In this document: one piece after another, positions 18,912-30,303 of the stretch
Layout of the letters: each line of letters starts with the position of its first letter
Position numbering within the stretch: position 1 is the first letter of the stretch
IMG/VR virus record: IMGVR_UViG_2724679206_000002
Coordinates: 8,877-72,876 of that record
Reading direction: 5' to 3' (one strand)
DNA: 64,000 bases
Source of the DNA: a virus
Taxonomy: Duplodnaviria > Caudoviricetes
The notes under the pieces: model-generated
The model's database searches: none
The model's input: the letters and a program-made list of their open reading frames with translations, nothing else
What the model was told of the DNA's origin: nothing
Translations under genes and position numbers: made by a program

Positions 18912-19528
18912 GCTTTACTCGCCCGATTGATCAGCAAGTCAATAATCATCAGGGCTTAGAAACGGCCTTGGCCAAGGCATTTAAGCAAGTCTTTGCAGAT
19001 GTCTTTGAACAGCAGGTGAAGGACATGCTGGACTATGGCTGTCCGCACTTAGGCAGCCGAACAGTCATTGAACGCTTTTCTAAGCAGGATGGCCTTGTCG
19101 TGCTGCGCCGCCCATATACATCCGATACGTTGATGCGGGTCATATATGCAAACTGGTCAAGTCTGGCCAGTGAGCGCGGTTTAGGCTTCTTGGAATTTGT
19201 ATTGCGCATGATCTGGACAGATCAGTGGCAGATTAAGCGAATGTGGCATCCGATAAAAACCTATTTGAATTACCCAGCACATATTACGGTTGATGAAAAG
19301 CCAGAGCATTTCCTTACAAGCCGGCTGCGTATTTCAATTGAGGATACAGTTGATACTTCTGAAATTATTGAGCTGTCACCCATATTGCGCCGGCTTGTTC
19401 CCGCCAATGTTGTGGTAAAGGTACATTCAAAGGCTTTGGATGTTGAGTTGGGGGATAGCTCAATAGGTGTCGGGGTATATGGTCGGGTTTATCAGGTGAT
19501 TGATTTCAGCGATTTGGAACTGACGTAA
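18899..19528 (+). CDS. Baseplate protein (P1 gp16 / P2 I-like)
   Basis: RGLGFLEFVLR, LTSRLRI, LVPANVV; follows the BplA-like gene. Confidence 0.6.
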   Translation: MGTVSFTRPIDQQVNNHQGLETALAKAFKQVFADVFEQQVKDMLDYGCPHLGSRTVIERFSKQDGLVVLRRPYTSDTLMRVIYANWSSLASERGLGFLEFVLRMIWTDQWQIKRMWHPIKTYLNYPAHITVDEKPEHFLTSRLRISIEDTVDTSEIIELSPILRRLVPANVVVKVHSKALDVELGDSSIGVGVYGRVYQVIDFSDLELT

Positions 19529-19555
19529 ATATCCCAATCAGTTAAGTGTTTTTAT
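19514..19555 (+). promoter_or_regulatory. Late promoter element 4 (tad1-like operon)
   Basis: TTGGAAC-N29-TTTTAT (weak -10). Confidence 0.55.
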
Positions 19556-19599
19556 GGAGTCACTTTAAATTGATCGTGCATATTTTTTCAGGAGTGCCC

Positions 19600-20058
19600 A
19601 TGGCTGAAAATACAGATAAAAACTTACTGGCTATTACCGCAGATGCTGGAAGTGACCAAAATCTGATTGTTGAAGAATTTTTAGGTCACGCTAAAGCTGA
19701 TTTAGATCCAGCTGTCATTGAGCAGGTACAGAACGGTGAACAGGTTGACGGCGTAACGGCGTATGCCCGCGGCAATTATTATAAAATTTCAGCAAATCCT
19801 GATTCCCCAGACTACATTGAGCCCTTTGATATTCATCTCCATTTCCAAGACGGTCCAACGGCTTTAGAAGGGGTAAACGGCGCAACAAATGAGGCGCTTT
19901 TAAAAGTGCTGATTCATCGAACTCAGATTTTAGACAGCCAATTCCCTTCAGAACATAACAAGCAGGCGATTGCAGCTATGGAAACAGCTCTGGCTGCATT
20001 TGATGCACGGACAACTGAACGGCTGACACGTGGTGTTGAAGGTCAGAAGGCGGAGTAA
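19600..20058 (+). CDS. tad1: Tad1/Acb2-family anti-defence nucleotide sponge
   Basis: HFQDGP...GVNGATNEALL...N..AI..METAL...RT..R..RGVEG matches the Tad1 core; AGGAG RBS. Confidence 0.75.
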   Translation: MAENTDKNLLAITADAGSDQNLIVEEFLGHAKADLDPAVIEQVQNGEQVDGVTAYARGNYYKISANPDSPDYIEPFDIHLHFQDGPTALEGVNGATNEALLKVLIHRTQILDSQFPSEHNKQAIAAMETALAAFDARTTERLTRGVEGQKAE

Positions 20059-20063
20059 TCATT

Positions 20064-20261
20064 ATGAAATCTAAATTAATGAGTGTTGCCTTATTGGGTG
20101 CATTAGCATGCGGTTTAAGTGTTCCTGCGGCAGCCATTCACAGCGGATCAAACACAGATAAATCACCGTATGCCTTCACCACGAAACGCAAAGCAAATGC
20201 AAAAGCCAATAAGGTCAGCCAGAAGAAAAAGCGCCTAAATGCGCGGCGTTTAGGCCGTTAA
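20064..20261 (+). CDS. Small exported peptide with basic C-terminus
   Basis: Signal-like N-terminus (..VPAAA), KRKANAKANKVSQKKKRLNARR. Confidence 0.6.
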   Translation: MKSKLMSVALLGALACGLSVPAAAIHSGSNTDKSPYAFTTKRKANAKANKVSQKKKRLNARRLGR

Positions 20262-20267
20262 GGAGAA

Positions 20268-20498
20268 TTGTCAATGCTGACTAAAATCCGTTGCTGTAAA
20301 AAAGCCAATGATCAGTATGTTGATTTAGATGACATTTCATATATTGAAGTTTCCGACACTGACTATTGCGGTGGAATGCGAGGGTATGAAAGTAAATATG
20401 CCAGCGTCATTTTAGGCATGAAAAATGGTCTTACTGTGTTGCTGACAATGGAAAGAACTAAACTTGATGAGCTTACAGCACGTAAATCTCAAGTCTAA
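20268..20498 (+). CDS. Hypothetical protein
   Basis: AGGAG RBS upstream. Confidence 0.6.
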   Translation: MSMLTKIRCCKKANDQYVDLDDISYIEVSDTDYCGGMRGYESKYASVILGMKNGLTVLLTMERTKLDELTARKSQV

Positions 20499-20540
20499 TT
20501 GGAACATTGCAAAACCTATACTGCGCTGAATTGCCAAAAT
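20499..20540 (+). promoter_or_regulatory. Late promoter element 5 (head protease operon)
   Basis: TTGGAAC-N29-CAAAAT, then hairpin AGCCCTAATAA/TTATTGGGGCT and T-run. Confidence 0.8.
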
Positions 20541-20573
20541 AGCCCTAATAATCTACTTATTGGGGCTTTTTTC

Positions 20574-21488
20574 ATGGCTGATACAGCTCGAAAAACCAAG
20601 AAAATCACATACAATTTATTTGAGCGCGGCCGCCAGCATTCAGGTAAAAACCGCGCCAATGTTGATATGAAAGAAATGATCAGTCAGATCAATCATCCTA
20701 AAGTTCAGGAAATGATTAAGTCAGGGACTTTGTACGGCTATAACGGACATGAGATCCGCCGCCGCTACGGCATGTTTCCGCCTGAATCCGTAGTCATTGA
20801 TGGGAAAGTGGTGTACTTAGAAGCTGCATTCAGAACCATTGAATCCTATGCTGATAAAAATGGTGATGTAACCCATGTAGCAGAGTTTCTCGATAATGCA
20901 GCAGGGGAACATGCCCGCAAGCAGTATCTAGCCCGTGTTGGCGGTTTCAGCTCAGCTCAGGATTACCGCCGTTCTGGACTAGGTTTAGTGCCGGTTAATT
21001 TTTATGGATATGACTATGTCACACAGCCAAACTATGTCACTAACGTAGGCGATGGCCAGCTGTTTGATGGACTGGCTGTACCTGAGCAGCAGGAAGGCCT
21101 CATTTCCTGTTTTGACAGTGCGACAGATGTTTCCCTGCTATCGCCTTCAGAAGCGATGATTGCGAATATGCTGGAACAGCAGATTGTACGTGATTTCGAT
21201 AATATTCATGCACAGTTCCAGCTGTATCAGTTTAATGAGCAGGCCTTGGATCAGGTAGATATGCTTGCCGCGCAGCTGGCTAAACGTGAACAGCGAGCAG
21301 TCTTGCAGGCCCAGCGTGAACAGGATTTCTATACGGGCATGGTTGGAGAGATCCGTTCATTTGACTCTGTATGCGATGAAGCTGAGCAATTGCTGAATCA
21401 AAGTGAAATTGCGCGCATGCATATCGATGGAGAAAAGCCGAAGCGCAATGCTGCCAAGAAAGGCACTAAAATCTTTGGGTGGGGTTAA
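20574..21488 (+). CDS. Head-processing (prohead) protease, P1 Pro-like
   Basis: YNLFERGR..SG..R, YGYNGH, VGGFSS, GYDYV.QPNY motifs. Confidence 0.75.
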   Translation: MADTARKTKKITYNLFERGRQHSGKNRANVDMKEMISQINHPKVQEMIKSGTLYGYNGHEIRRRYGMFPPESVVIDGKVVYLEAAFRTIESYADKNGDVTHVAEFLDNAAGEHARKQYLARVGGFSSAQDYRRSGLGLVPVNFYGYDYVTQPNYVTNVGDGQLFDGLAVPEQQEGLISCFDSATDVSLLSPSEAMIANMLEQQIVRDFDNIHAQFQLYQFNEQALDQVDMLAAQLAKREQRAVLQAQREQDFYTGMVGEIRSFDSVCDEAEQLLNQSEIARMHIDGEKPKRNAAKKGTKIFGWG

Positions 21489-22297
21489 TGATGAATATGC
21501 CCAAAGATCCTCAAAAATGCATTCAAGATGCCTGGTATAAAATGCTGGTCGATTTTCGGGCATGGTTCATGCCTGAAACTGTTCAGACGACAGAGTGGAA
21601 AAATCGGAATATCAGCACTGCAATAAAGTCCTGTCCAAGCCGGCTTATGGATGATTCAGAATCGATGCTGGCTGAGTACCGCAAAAGCCAAAATGCTGAT
21701 GTCTCAGGCGGCGCTACGGCGTTTATGCCTATTATGCTGACAGCTACGGCATTGATTGATCAACCGCCCGATGTTAGCCAATTATTGCCGGTACCGTACT
21801 TTGTGCCGGCAGTGATCGACGAAAAGTATGTGAAGATCCGCTTAGTCGCAAAAACAGTACGAGCGCAATTGGCTTTCTATGCAACTAACTCACATGATGC
21901 GCGGTCGGTCTGCGATCAGTTCTGCACATACATGCAGGATGATGTTAAGCGCCGTATAGATGTTCCTTTTGAAATTTCCAGTACACATTCTGAATTCAGC
22001 AGCTTCACAGTTTTAGAAAACCAGTTGTTCCCATCACCGGTTCCCAGTGATGCCATCAACCTGTCTATTTTTACGATCGATGTCCAGCTGATCGGCTATG
22101 TTCCGCAGATTCTGGGACTGGGCGGGCCGAATGATAACAATACGGACAATGGTTATACCCCAGACGGATCTGCAATAGAAAAGCCATTGGACAATTCCGT
22201 AGTGATTCAAGCGGATAAGCTGGCTGAAGACGGGCATGTCCGAATTCATGCTGATAGAGATACGGGCGCCATTACAGAGGAAAACATTCATGAGTGA
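21488..22297 (+). CDS. Putative tail terminator/neck protein (P1 gp24-like)
   Basis: Structural operon position; beta-rich C-terminal half. Confidence 0.45.
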   Translation: MMNMPKDPQKCIQDAWYKMLVDFRAWFMPETVQTTEWKNRNISTAIKSCPSRLMDDSESMLAEYRKSQNADVSGGATAFMPIMLTATALIDQPPDVSQLLPVPYFVPAVIDEKYVKIRLVAKTVRAQLAFYATNSHDARSVCDQFCTYMQDDVKRRIDVPFEISSTHSEFSSFTVLENQLFPSPVPSDAINLSIFTIDVQLIGYVPQILGLGGPNDNNTDNGYTPDGSAIEKPLDNSVVIQADKLAEDGHVRIHADRDTGAITEENIHE

Positions 22298-22799
22298 TAT
22301 GATCCGCATTGACAGCCGCGTGACCGGTTTTTCAGATGATCCTGTACGCTTGATGGCAATGTGCTATCAGGACACAGGCGAAATCCTGCTGCAAAAGACG
22401 GAGATCTACACAACGTTAGCAGTGCCGCCGGATTTACGAAAAAATACGGTGGTTGTAACTGATTCACCCAATTTAATTAAGAATTGGCAGTTGAAATTTG
22501 ACGCGCAGCAGCATCTTGAAGAAGTGATCCGCATTTACCAGGCAAGCTATCGCGGTGGGCTGGTCGAGTTTGAACCGTCAATTGCGCGGTACAATCCGAT
22601 GAACATTCTTCAGGTGCGCAAAATTGATAAGCGGGGCATGCAGCAAGAGTTCGACAGCAGTTCGCTTGATAATGGGCACATTGCAGCGCTGCTGGCAATT
22701 TGGGCAAGCCATAAGATAGCGACAGGGTACGGAGTGATGTCGAATCAAGTGCAGAAAGTGGATGATATCGATCCGACGATGTTGCCGTTTAGTATTTAA
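22290..22799 (+). CDS. Phage morphogenesis protein, unknown function
   Basis: GAGG RBS; overlaps the upstream gene. Confidence 0.6.
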   Translation: MSDMIRIDSRVTGFSDDPVRLMAMCYQDTGEILLQKTEIYTTLAVPPDLRKNTVVVTDSPNLIKNWQLKFDAQQHLEEVIRIYQASYRGGLVEFEPSIARYNPMNILQVRKIDKRGMQQEFDSSSLDNGHIAALLAIWASHKIATGYGVMSNQVQKVDDIDPTMLPFSI

Positions 22800-22837
22800 A
22801 GCACTTAAGTGCTCTGCACATTGCATGGCGCGGCATT

Positions 22838-22878
22838 TTGGAACAGCTGTAAAACATTAAATTTTAAAAACTTAGAAT
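22838..22878 (+). promoter_or_regulatory. Late promoter element 6 (terL)
   Basis: TTGGAAC-N28-TAGAAT. Confidence 0.8.
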
Positions 22879-22907
22879 AAAAATTATAATTCTTCTTCCT
22901 ATTTTCA

Positions 22908-24914
22908 ATGGCACTCCAACCTCTTAAAGAAATCCCTGAATGGTGGGAACTCTGCACCCGCTACCGCTATGACATTTATGCCTTTGCGGTCGAAGCGCTG
23001 GGCATTACACCAACATGGCAGCAGGAACTTTTATTTGAGTCAATTGCCTTTGACGGCAGCCGCACATCTGTAGCATCCGGTCATGGCTGTTTTGGTAAAG
23101 GCACAAAGATCCGCTTAGCAAATGGCAAGTGGAAGCGTGTTGAAAAAATAACAATTAAAGACGCCGTACTGGGAAGTGACGGCATTACACCGAGGGAAGT
23201 GATCAGCACCGTTACAGGCTGGCAGGATCTCTACCGCTTTGAATATGAAAATGGCAAAAGCCATGTCTACAACAAGTCACACATCCTTTGTTTAATTTCA
23301 CTTGAAACCAAAAACGGCTGGAAAGCCGGCGATACCATGGAAGTTTTGGTTTCTAAATGGCTGGAATGGCCTGAGGAAACTAAACGCCAATTTGCTGCCT
23401 ACGAGCTGAAGCATAAGAAATACATCCCAGTACGCATTGAGCGCGCCGTATCACTGGGAGAAGGCGAGTATTTCGGCTTTATGCTGGATGGTGATTCAAC
23501 TTTCCTCACTGCTGACGGCATGGTGCATCACAATACAGGCAAAACCGCTTCGGCAGGGGTCGTTGCACTCTGGCATCTGCTGTTCTTTGATGAATCGATC
23601 ATGATGTTTACTGCCCCGCAAATTGGGCAGCTGAAAAAACAGGTATGGAAAGAAATCAGCATTAACCTGGCGCGGCTTAAAAATGGCCCGCTGGCTTGGC
23701 TGGCTGATTATGTCGGTTTCCAGTCTGAACTGGTTTACATCAAAGGATCAAAAGAAAAGTGGTATGTCTTTGCCAAGACGGCTCCAAAACATCAGCCGAC
23801 TAACCTTGCAGGGAACCATGGCGACAATTACATGGTTTGGGTGGATGAGGCCAGCGGTGTAGCGGATGAAGTTCTGGATGTTGCATTTGGTGCCTTAACG
23901 CACGAAGACAACCGTGCGGTAATGACTTCACAGCCTACCCGTAATGCGGGCATGTTCTATGAAACACATCATACGTTGAGCCACCGCTCTGGCGGTGTGT
24001 GGACTGCGCTTACATTCAACGGTGAAGAATCTCCGCTGGTCAGTAAGCAGTCTTTAGCGGAACAGCGCCAAAAGTACGGCAGCCGTGATGATCCTCAATA
24101 TCAAATTCGTGTTTTAGGTCAATTCCCAGACCGTGCCGATGAATTCCTTATAACCAAGCGCCAAGCAGAAGATATGTACTGCGGCGCTTCAATATTTACT
24201 GAGCACATTTTTGGCTATGTGATCACGGTCGATGTCGGCGGCGGTGTAGGCCGAGACGATTCTGTTATTGCTGTATCTAAAGTTTGGGGTGAAGCGCAAT
24301 GGGGGGATCGGGCGCGGCGGGTTGAAGTGGTTGATATACCGCTTTGCAAGAATAGAGATGATATTACTGAGCTGTTCGCAAAAATTCATGAATGCATTTT
24401 GAAATATCCGAATGCCACGCTGGTTGTCGATGACAATGGCGCCGGCAAGGGCTTAGGCCAGCTGCTGAAGAAAAACGGCATCTGGTATATGCCTGTGCAT
24501 TGGGGCGGCGCATGCTTCAATAATGACAACCGCAAAGAGTATGTGAATAAACGCGCTTTGGCCTATGTGGGTCTTTACCGGGCGGTAGAGCAGGGCCGGT
24601 TTAAAATTAAAACCATTAAGTTCAAAATTAAGGTACAGGCTCAGATTATTAAGATCCCTTATACATTCGATGAGCACAGTCGCTATAAGATTTTCAGTAA
24701 GGATGAAATGAAACGCATGGGGATTAAATCCCCCGATTTAGGTGATGTTTTCGCCTTCTTATTTTTGGAAAATGTGTTCTATACCGAAGCGTATGAAAAT
24801 GTTGCTGTCTTGGATGAAAGTCCAGAGGCGCAGGAGCAGGCAGCAAGAAAATCACGTTTCAGTCAGCTGAAAGAAGCCGCGGAAAAAGAATTTGGAAAAG
24901 ATGGGAATAAGTAA
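22908..24914 (+). CDS. terL: Terminase large subunit (P1 PacB-like), intein-containing
   Basis: Walker A SGHG/TGKT split by an intein, Walker B VWVDEASG, nuclease ITVDVGGG...SPDLGD. Confidence 0.93.
   Translation: MALQPLKEIPEWWELCTRYRYDIYAFAVEALGITPTWQQELLFESIAFDGSRTSVASGHGCFGKGTKIRLANGKWKRVEKITIKDAVLGSDGITPREVISTVTGWQDLYRFEYENGKSHVYNKSHILCLISLETKNGWKAGDTMEVLVSKWLEWPEETKRQFAAYELKHKKYIPVRIERAVSLGEGEYFGFMLDGDSTFLTADGMVHHNTGKTASAGVVALWHLLFFDESIMMFTAPQIGQLKKQVWKEISINLARLKNGPLAWLADYVGFQSELVYIKGSKEKWYVFAKTAPKHQPTNLAGNHGDNYMVWVDEASGVADEVLDVAFGALTHEDNRAVMTSQPTRNAGMFYETHHTLSHRSGGVWTALTFNGEESPLVSKQSLAEQRQKYGSRDDPQYQIRVLGQFPDRADEFLITKRQAEDMYCGASIFTEHIFGYVITVDVGGGVGRDDSVIAVSKVWGEAQWGDRARRVEVVDIPLCKNRDDITELFAKIHECILKYPNATLVVDDNGAGKGLGQLLKKNGIWYMPVHWGGACFNNDNRKEYVNKRALAYVGLYRAVEQGRFKIKTIKFKIKVQAQIIKIPYTFDEHSRYKIFSKDEMKRMGIKSPDLGDVFAFLFLENVFYTEAYENVAVLDESPEAQEQAARKSRFSQLKEAAEKEFGKDGNK
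23088..23534 (+). mobile_element. Mini-intein (149 aa) in the TerL P-loop
   Basis: Starts CFGKGTKIRLANG, ends YFGF.LDG...VHHN, +1 residue Thr; too short to hold a homing endonuclease. Confidence 0.9.
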
Positions 24915-24926
24915 AAGCCCCGCTAT

Positions 24927-24968
24927 TTGGAACAGCTCCCTAATTTTGAGCGGTGGAGTGCTTAGTAT
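24927..24968 (+). promoter_or_regulatory. Late promoter element 7 (TerL nuclease paralogue)
   Basis: TTGGAAC-N29-TAGTAT, then ATTCAG...CTGAAT stem. Confidence 0.75.
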
Positions 24969-25001
24969 TCAGCTTTATCGTTAGAATTCGAGTACTGAAT
25001 A

Positions 25002-25781
25002 ATGAAACAGGTATTTAAGACTGTAAACCTGCTGGCGGCAGGTGTCCAATTGCTCGGAGATTTAAAAGGGCCACTCCTGAATTTTAAGAATAATGTGCGC
25101 CGTAATAGAAATGACCCCAGCCCTAAATATAAGCAGCTATTTACACCTGAAATGATTAATAAAGCCTACTTAAACCCAGCGCTGCAGCTGAAAAATTTCG
25201 GACATTTCATTATTGTGAATGCACGATATACAGCAGTTGCTGCGGTGCAAGGCAATACGTCTAAAACACGAAAGACGGTAGTTTTAGAGTTTAAAGAAAA
25301 TAGGGCTATGAGTATTGACGATATTCTACAGCTTTTATCCACATACCCTGCAGCAACACTCAGTGTTAATGATAATGGTGAGGGTAAATTCCTAGGCCAG
25401 TTATTAAAGAAAAACGGCATTTGGTATATGCCAGTGCACTGGGGTGGAAACTGCTTTAGTAATGACAATCGTAAAGAGTATGTCAATAAGCGTGCACAGT
25501 CTTATGCCTGCTTATCTTACGCAGTCAATACGTATAGCTTTAAAATTTGCCAGCCGCACAATAACGAAAAAGTATTGAAAGAACTCAAAAGCATTCGTTA
25601 CAGCTTTGATGAGCGTTCACGCTTTAGAATCATGCCAGTATCTGAGATGCGTGAGATCGGGCTTGATGTTCCAGATATTGCAGATTTATTTGCCCAGATT
25701 TTTTTAGAAGGTACCGCGTATTCATTGGAACTAAACAGTCCTGACTTATCCACGCCAGCTAACAATACCCAAAGTGATTAA
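25002..25781 (+). CDS. Stand-alone paralogue of the TerL C-terminal nuclease domain
   Basis: LGQLLKKNGIWYMPVHWGGxCFxNDNRKEYVNKRA shared with TerL; YSFDERSR and PDIADLFA parallel YTFDEHSR and PDLGDVFA. Confidence 0.85.
   Translation: MKQVFKTVNLLAAGVQLLGDLKGPLLNFKNNVRRNRNDPSPKYKQLFTPEMINKAYLNPALQLKNFGHFIIVNARYTAVAAVQGNTSKTRKTVVLEFKENRAMSIDDILQLLSTYPAATLSVNDNGEGKFLGQLLKKNGIWYMPVHWGGNCFSNDNRKEYVNKRAQSYACLSYAVNTYSFKICQPHNNEKVLKELKSIRYSFDERSRFRIMPVSEMREIGLDVPDIADLFAQIFLEGTAYSLELNSPDLSTPANNTQSD
25725..25766 (+). promoter_or_regulatory. Late promoter element 8 (tail fibre)
   Basis: TTGGAAC-N29-AACAAT, then hairpin ACCCAA/TTGGGT. Confidence 0.75.
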
Positions 25782-25792
25782 TTGGGTGGATT

Positions 25793-27862
<2,070 letters not shown>

Positions 27863-27872
27863 TCTCAATTTA

Positions 27873-27898
27873 AGCCCCACGGATATGTGGGGCTTTTT
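27873..27898 (+). terminator. Intrinsic terminator
   Basis: AAGCCCCAC-ggatat-GTGGGGCTTTTT. Confidence 0.8.
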
Positions 27899-27901
27899 AG
27901 T

Positions 27902-27943
27902 TTGGAATTGGCAGGTTTGTATTATTTATCTGGCAACTACCAT
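27902..27943 (+). promoter_or_regulatory. Late promoter element 9
   Basis: TTGGAAT-N29-TACCAT. Confidence 0.7.
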
Positions 27944-27970
27944 ATTTAAAAACGGCTTGAAGCAGCAGCA

Positions 27971-28240
27971 ATGATTAATGAATACCGCAATGCCATCCGC
28001 GACCATATCAACCGCTTAATTAAGCAGGGCAAGTTGAATCAGCTGATTGTCTGGGATATTCAGCAGGACGAAGCTCAAGATCCAACACTATTGAGTTTAA
28101 GAATGTACGGTTCAAGGGCATATACAGACGCTATTCAGGTTGCATGCGGCACCAGCGGCATCTGGGAAAAACTGCCGGTTAAAAGAATAGCGGTCCCCCT
28201 GATCGCAGATGTTCTTGAATTTCGCCGTGAATATCTCTAA
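27971..28240 (+). CDS. Small baseplate protein (P1 PmgA-like, LysM-like)
   Basis: DE..DPTLLS.R.YGSR motif. Confidence 0.55.
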   Translation: MINEYRNAIRDHINRLIKQGKLNQLIVWDIQQDEAQDPTLLSLRMYGSRAYTDAIQVACGTSGIWEKLPVKRIAVPLIADVLEFRREYL

Positions 28241-28252
28241 GGAATATGACTC

Positions 28253-29359
28253 ATGGCTAATCCAACTCCTGATCAATTGCAGCAAGCTCATAAGCAAATG
28301 CAGGAAGCGCTGCGAAAAGGCGGGCTGCGCCATGATCTTCAAGGCCGCAGAAGTGCTGACAGCAAGCAGCGCGGCGAAGCTGATAAAGAATTCAACTATG
28401 ATGAATTCGGCAGAAAAATTCCCAAGCCTACTTTTTTAAGACCTGCAGATATTGAAAAAGGTGAGAAGTACGATGTTGAACGCGTGCTGTATACAACACT
28501 TGGGCAGCAGAAAGGAGAAGCCCCGAGAAAGATCACCCGCGAAGATATTATGGCCTTCAAGGACAATATTGACCTTTTGCGGGAGCATTATTCTACAGGC
28601 ATCAGTATTCAAAATATTATCAACTTAAGTCATGCCGATGATATTGACCGCGCCAATGAGCAAATACATCTTGTTGTGCCGCTCAGCCGTAAAGACAGTC
28701 TTGTGCATCTGATGACCAATGCAGGACCGAAAAGCAAGGTGACGAATCATCACGTTGAAATTGAGTTCAGCAGCTTCAGTTCATTGGTTTCAAGCACCAG
28801 TCAAAATGCCGTCAACTTGGTTAAGCGCTGGTTATCCGGCGGCAAAATTAAATTCGAGTGTGACTGTGAGCGGCATACATTCTGGTACCGCTATATGGCT
28901 ACGATTGGCGGCTATGCCTTAGGGCGTAAGGAAAATGGCTACCCGAAGCTTAGAAACCCTTTATTGTCTGGTGTGGCATGCAAGCACGTCCTGAAAGCAG
29001 TGCATTGGATTCAATCTCCATCAGGCATTGAGTACCTTAAAAAGGAAGTCCAAAAAGACCGGACCAAGCAGCTCAGTGTACGGAAAAAACAGACAGATCG
29101 GCAAATCTTGGCAGAATTGGACCAGCAAATAAGTGACTTGAATAAAGCCACTAAAGGCAAGATTCAGCCAAATGTGCAAAAAGCTGAAAAAGAAATGATC
29201 CGCCGCGCAGCAAAAGTTGCGAAGGAGTATTTTGCTGAGCAGGGAAAACAGGCCAAACACTTTCAGGATGCGCAGGACCGGACAAAATACACAGAATGGC
29301 GCAATAGTGGAATTGTGACTGATGATGTTTATCAGGAATTGATGCGGAGATTTAAATAA
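28253..29359 (+). CDS. Tail-associated protein with SWIM-type zinc finger (P1 gp25-like)
   Basis: FECDCERHTFWYRY...GVACKH. Confidence 0.6.
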   Translation: MANPTPDQLQQAHKQMQEALRKGGLRHDLQGRRSADSKQRGEADKEFNYDEFGRKIPKPTFLRPADIEKGEKYDVERVLYTTLGQQKGEAPRKITREDIMAFKDNIDLLREHYSTGISIQNIINLSHADDIDRANEQIHLVVPLSRKDSLVHLMTNAGPKSKVTNHHVEIEFSSFSSLVSSTSQNAVNLVKRWLSGGKIKFECDCERHTFWYRYMATIGGYALGRKENGYPKLRNPLLSGVACKHVLKAVHWIQSPSGIEYLKKEVQKDRTKQLSVRKKQTDRQILAELDQQISDLNKATKGKIQPNVQKAEKEMIRRAAKVAKEYFAEQGKQAKHFQDAQDRTKYTEWRNSGIVTDDVYQELMRRFK

Positions 29360-29916
29360 TGCTGAATAGAGCAGTCAACCGTGTAGCCAATGGCCGCCAT
29401 ATGGCCGCGCGCCGTATTGTGATGAATACCCTGACAAGTATTCCAGCTCAGGTTTGGCGCAAGCGCATTGTGTACAGCAATCCGGTTGAAGCTGGTAAGC
29501 CAGCCGATCCGCTTTCATTTGAAGCCAATGCGCTGTCTATTCAGGATGAGCCGAACTATGAATATGATCCGGTCGGGCATGCTTTTGTACTGGCTGACAA
29601 GTTCAATGGCGGCTATATCCATAAGAACAATTCTCTGAATAACCCTTCAGATCTGGCGATTTTGGCACAGGTTGAAGTCTATGATGCTCATTTGTCCACT
29701 TTGGCGGAACAGTTGCTGCAGGTGCCGGATACTGTGCTGAATGAAGGTGACTTGCTGGGGCTGATGGTCTACGAGGGTTTTATTTTGTGGTTTGAAATTG
29801 TTGGAATCAGTGGGCAAACATTGATGTCTGATTTCGGCAAAAAGTATGTGTTGAACCGCCGTGATGAAATTGGACTTGATCCAGTGAAAAGCGAAGTTGA
29901 ATCTCGAACAAACTAA
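29359..29916 (+). CDS. Putative head-tail/neck protein
   Basis: Translational coupling; beta-barrel-like C-terminus (EGDLLGL...WFEIVG). Confidence 0.45.
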   Translation: MLNRAVNRVANGRHMAARRIVMNTLTSIPAQVWRKRIVYSNPVEAGKPADPLSFEANALSIQDEPNYEYDPVGHAFVLADKFNGGYIHKNNSLNNPSDLAILAQVEVYDAHLSTLAEQLLQVPDTVLNEGDLLGLMVYEGFILWFEIVGISGQTLMSDFGKKYVLNRRDEIGLDPVKSEVESRTN

Positions 29917-29938
29917 TTTTTTTAGCAGGGTTGAAGCA

Positions 29939-30241
29939 ATGTCTTATTTAATTTTTCAAGAACACGCAAAGAAAGCGGGTGATCAAGGGGTGGCAATCCA
30001 ATGCACTTCAGCAATTTTCAATTACCAGGTCATTGGTGCAGGTGCAGCAGTTGAATTCTCTGGCAGCAATAAGCCCGATGCTGACCCGCTTGTCGATGAA
30101 CATTGGGAGCCAATTGTGGCCTTGCAAGCCGGCATTCCTGATTCAGAGCTGTTTCGGCAGCATGCGTGGGATAAGATCCGCTATACAGTGACTGCAGGCG
30201 AAAGCGTTGAAATTTATGTCTCCAGCGGTGTCAGCGGATAA
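29939..30241 (+). CDS. Small beta-rich virion-associated protein
   Basis: 100-aa ORF followed by a terminator at 30259-30288. Confidence 0.55.
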   Translation: MSYLIFQEHAKKAGDQGVAIQCTSAIFNYQVIGAGAAVEFSGSNKPDADPLVDEHWEPIVALQAGIPDSELFRQHAWDKIRYTVTAGESVEIYVSSGVSG

Positions 30242-30303
30242 GGATGCTTTGACGGCTTTAAAAAACCTGCAGTCAAGCAGGTTTTTTTATTTAAGTAATA
30301 TCA

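Noticed and set aside
24450-25500. terL/paralogue repeat as a DGR or assembly duplication
   Set aside because: Many third-position differences with conserved protein; not an exact copy
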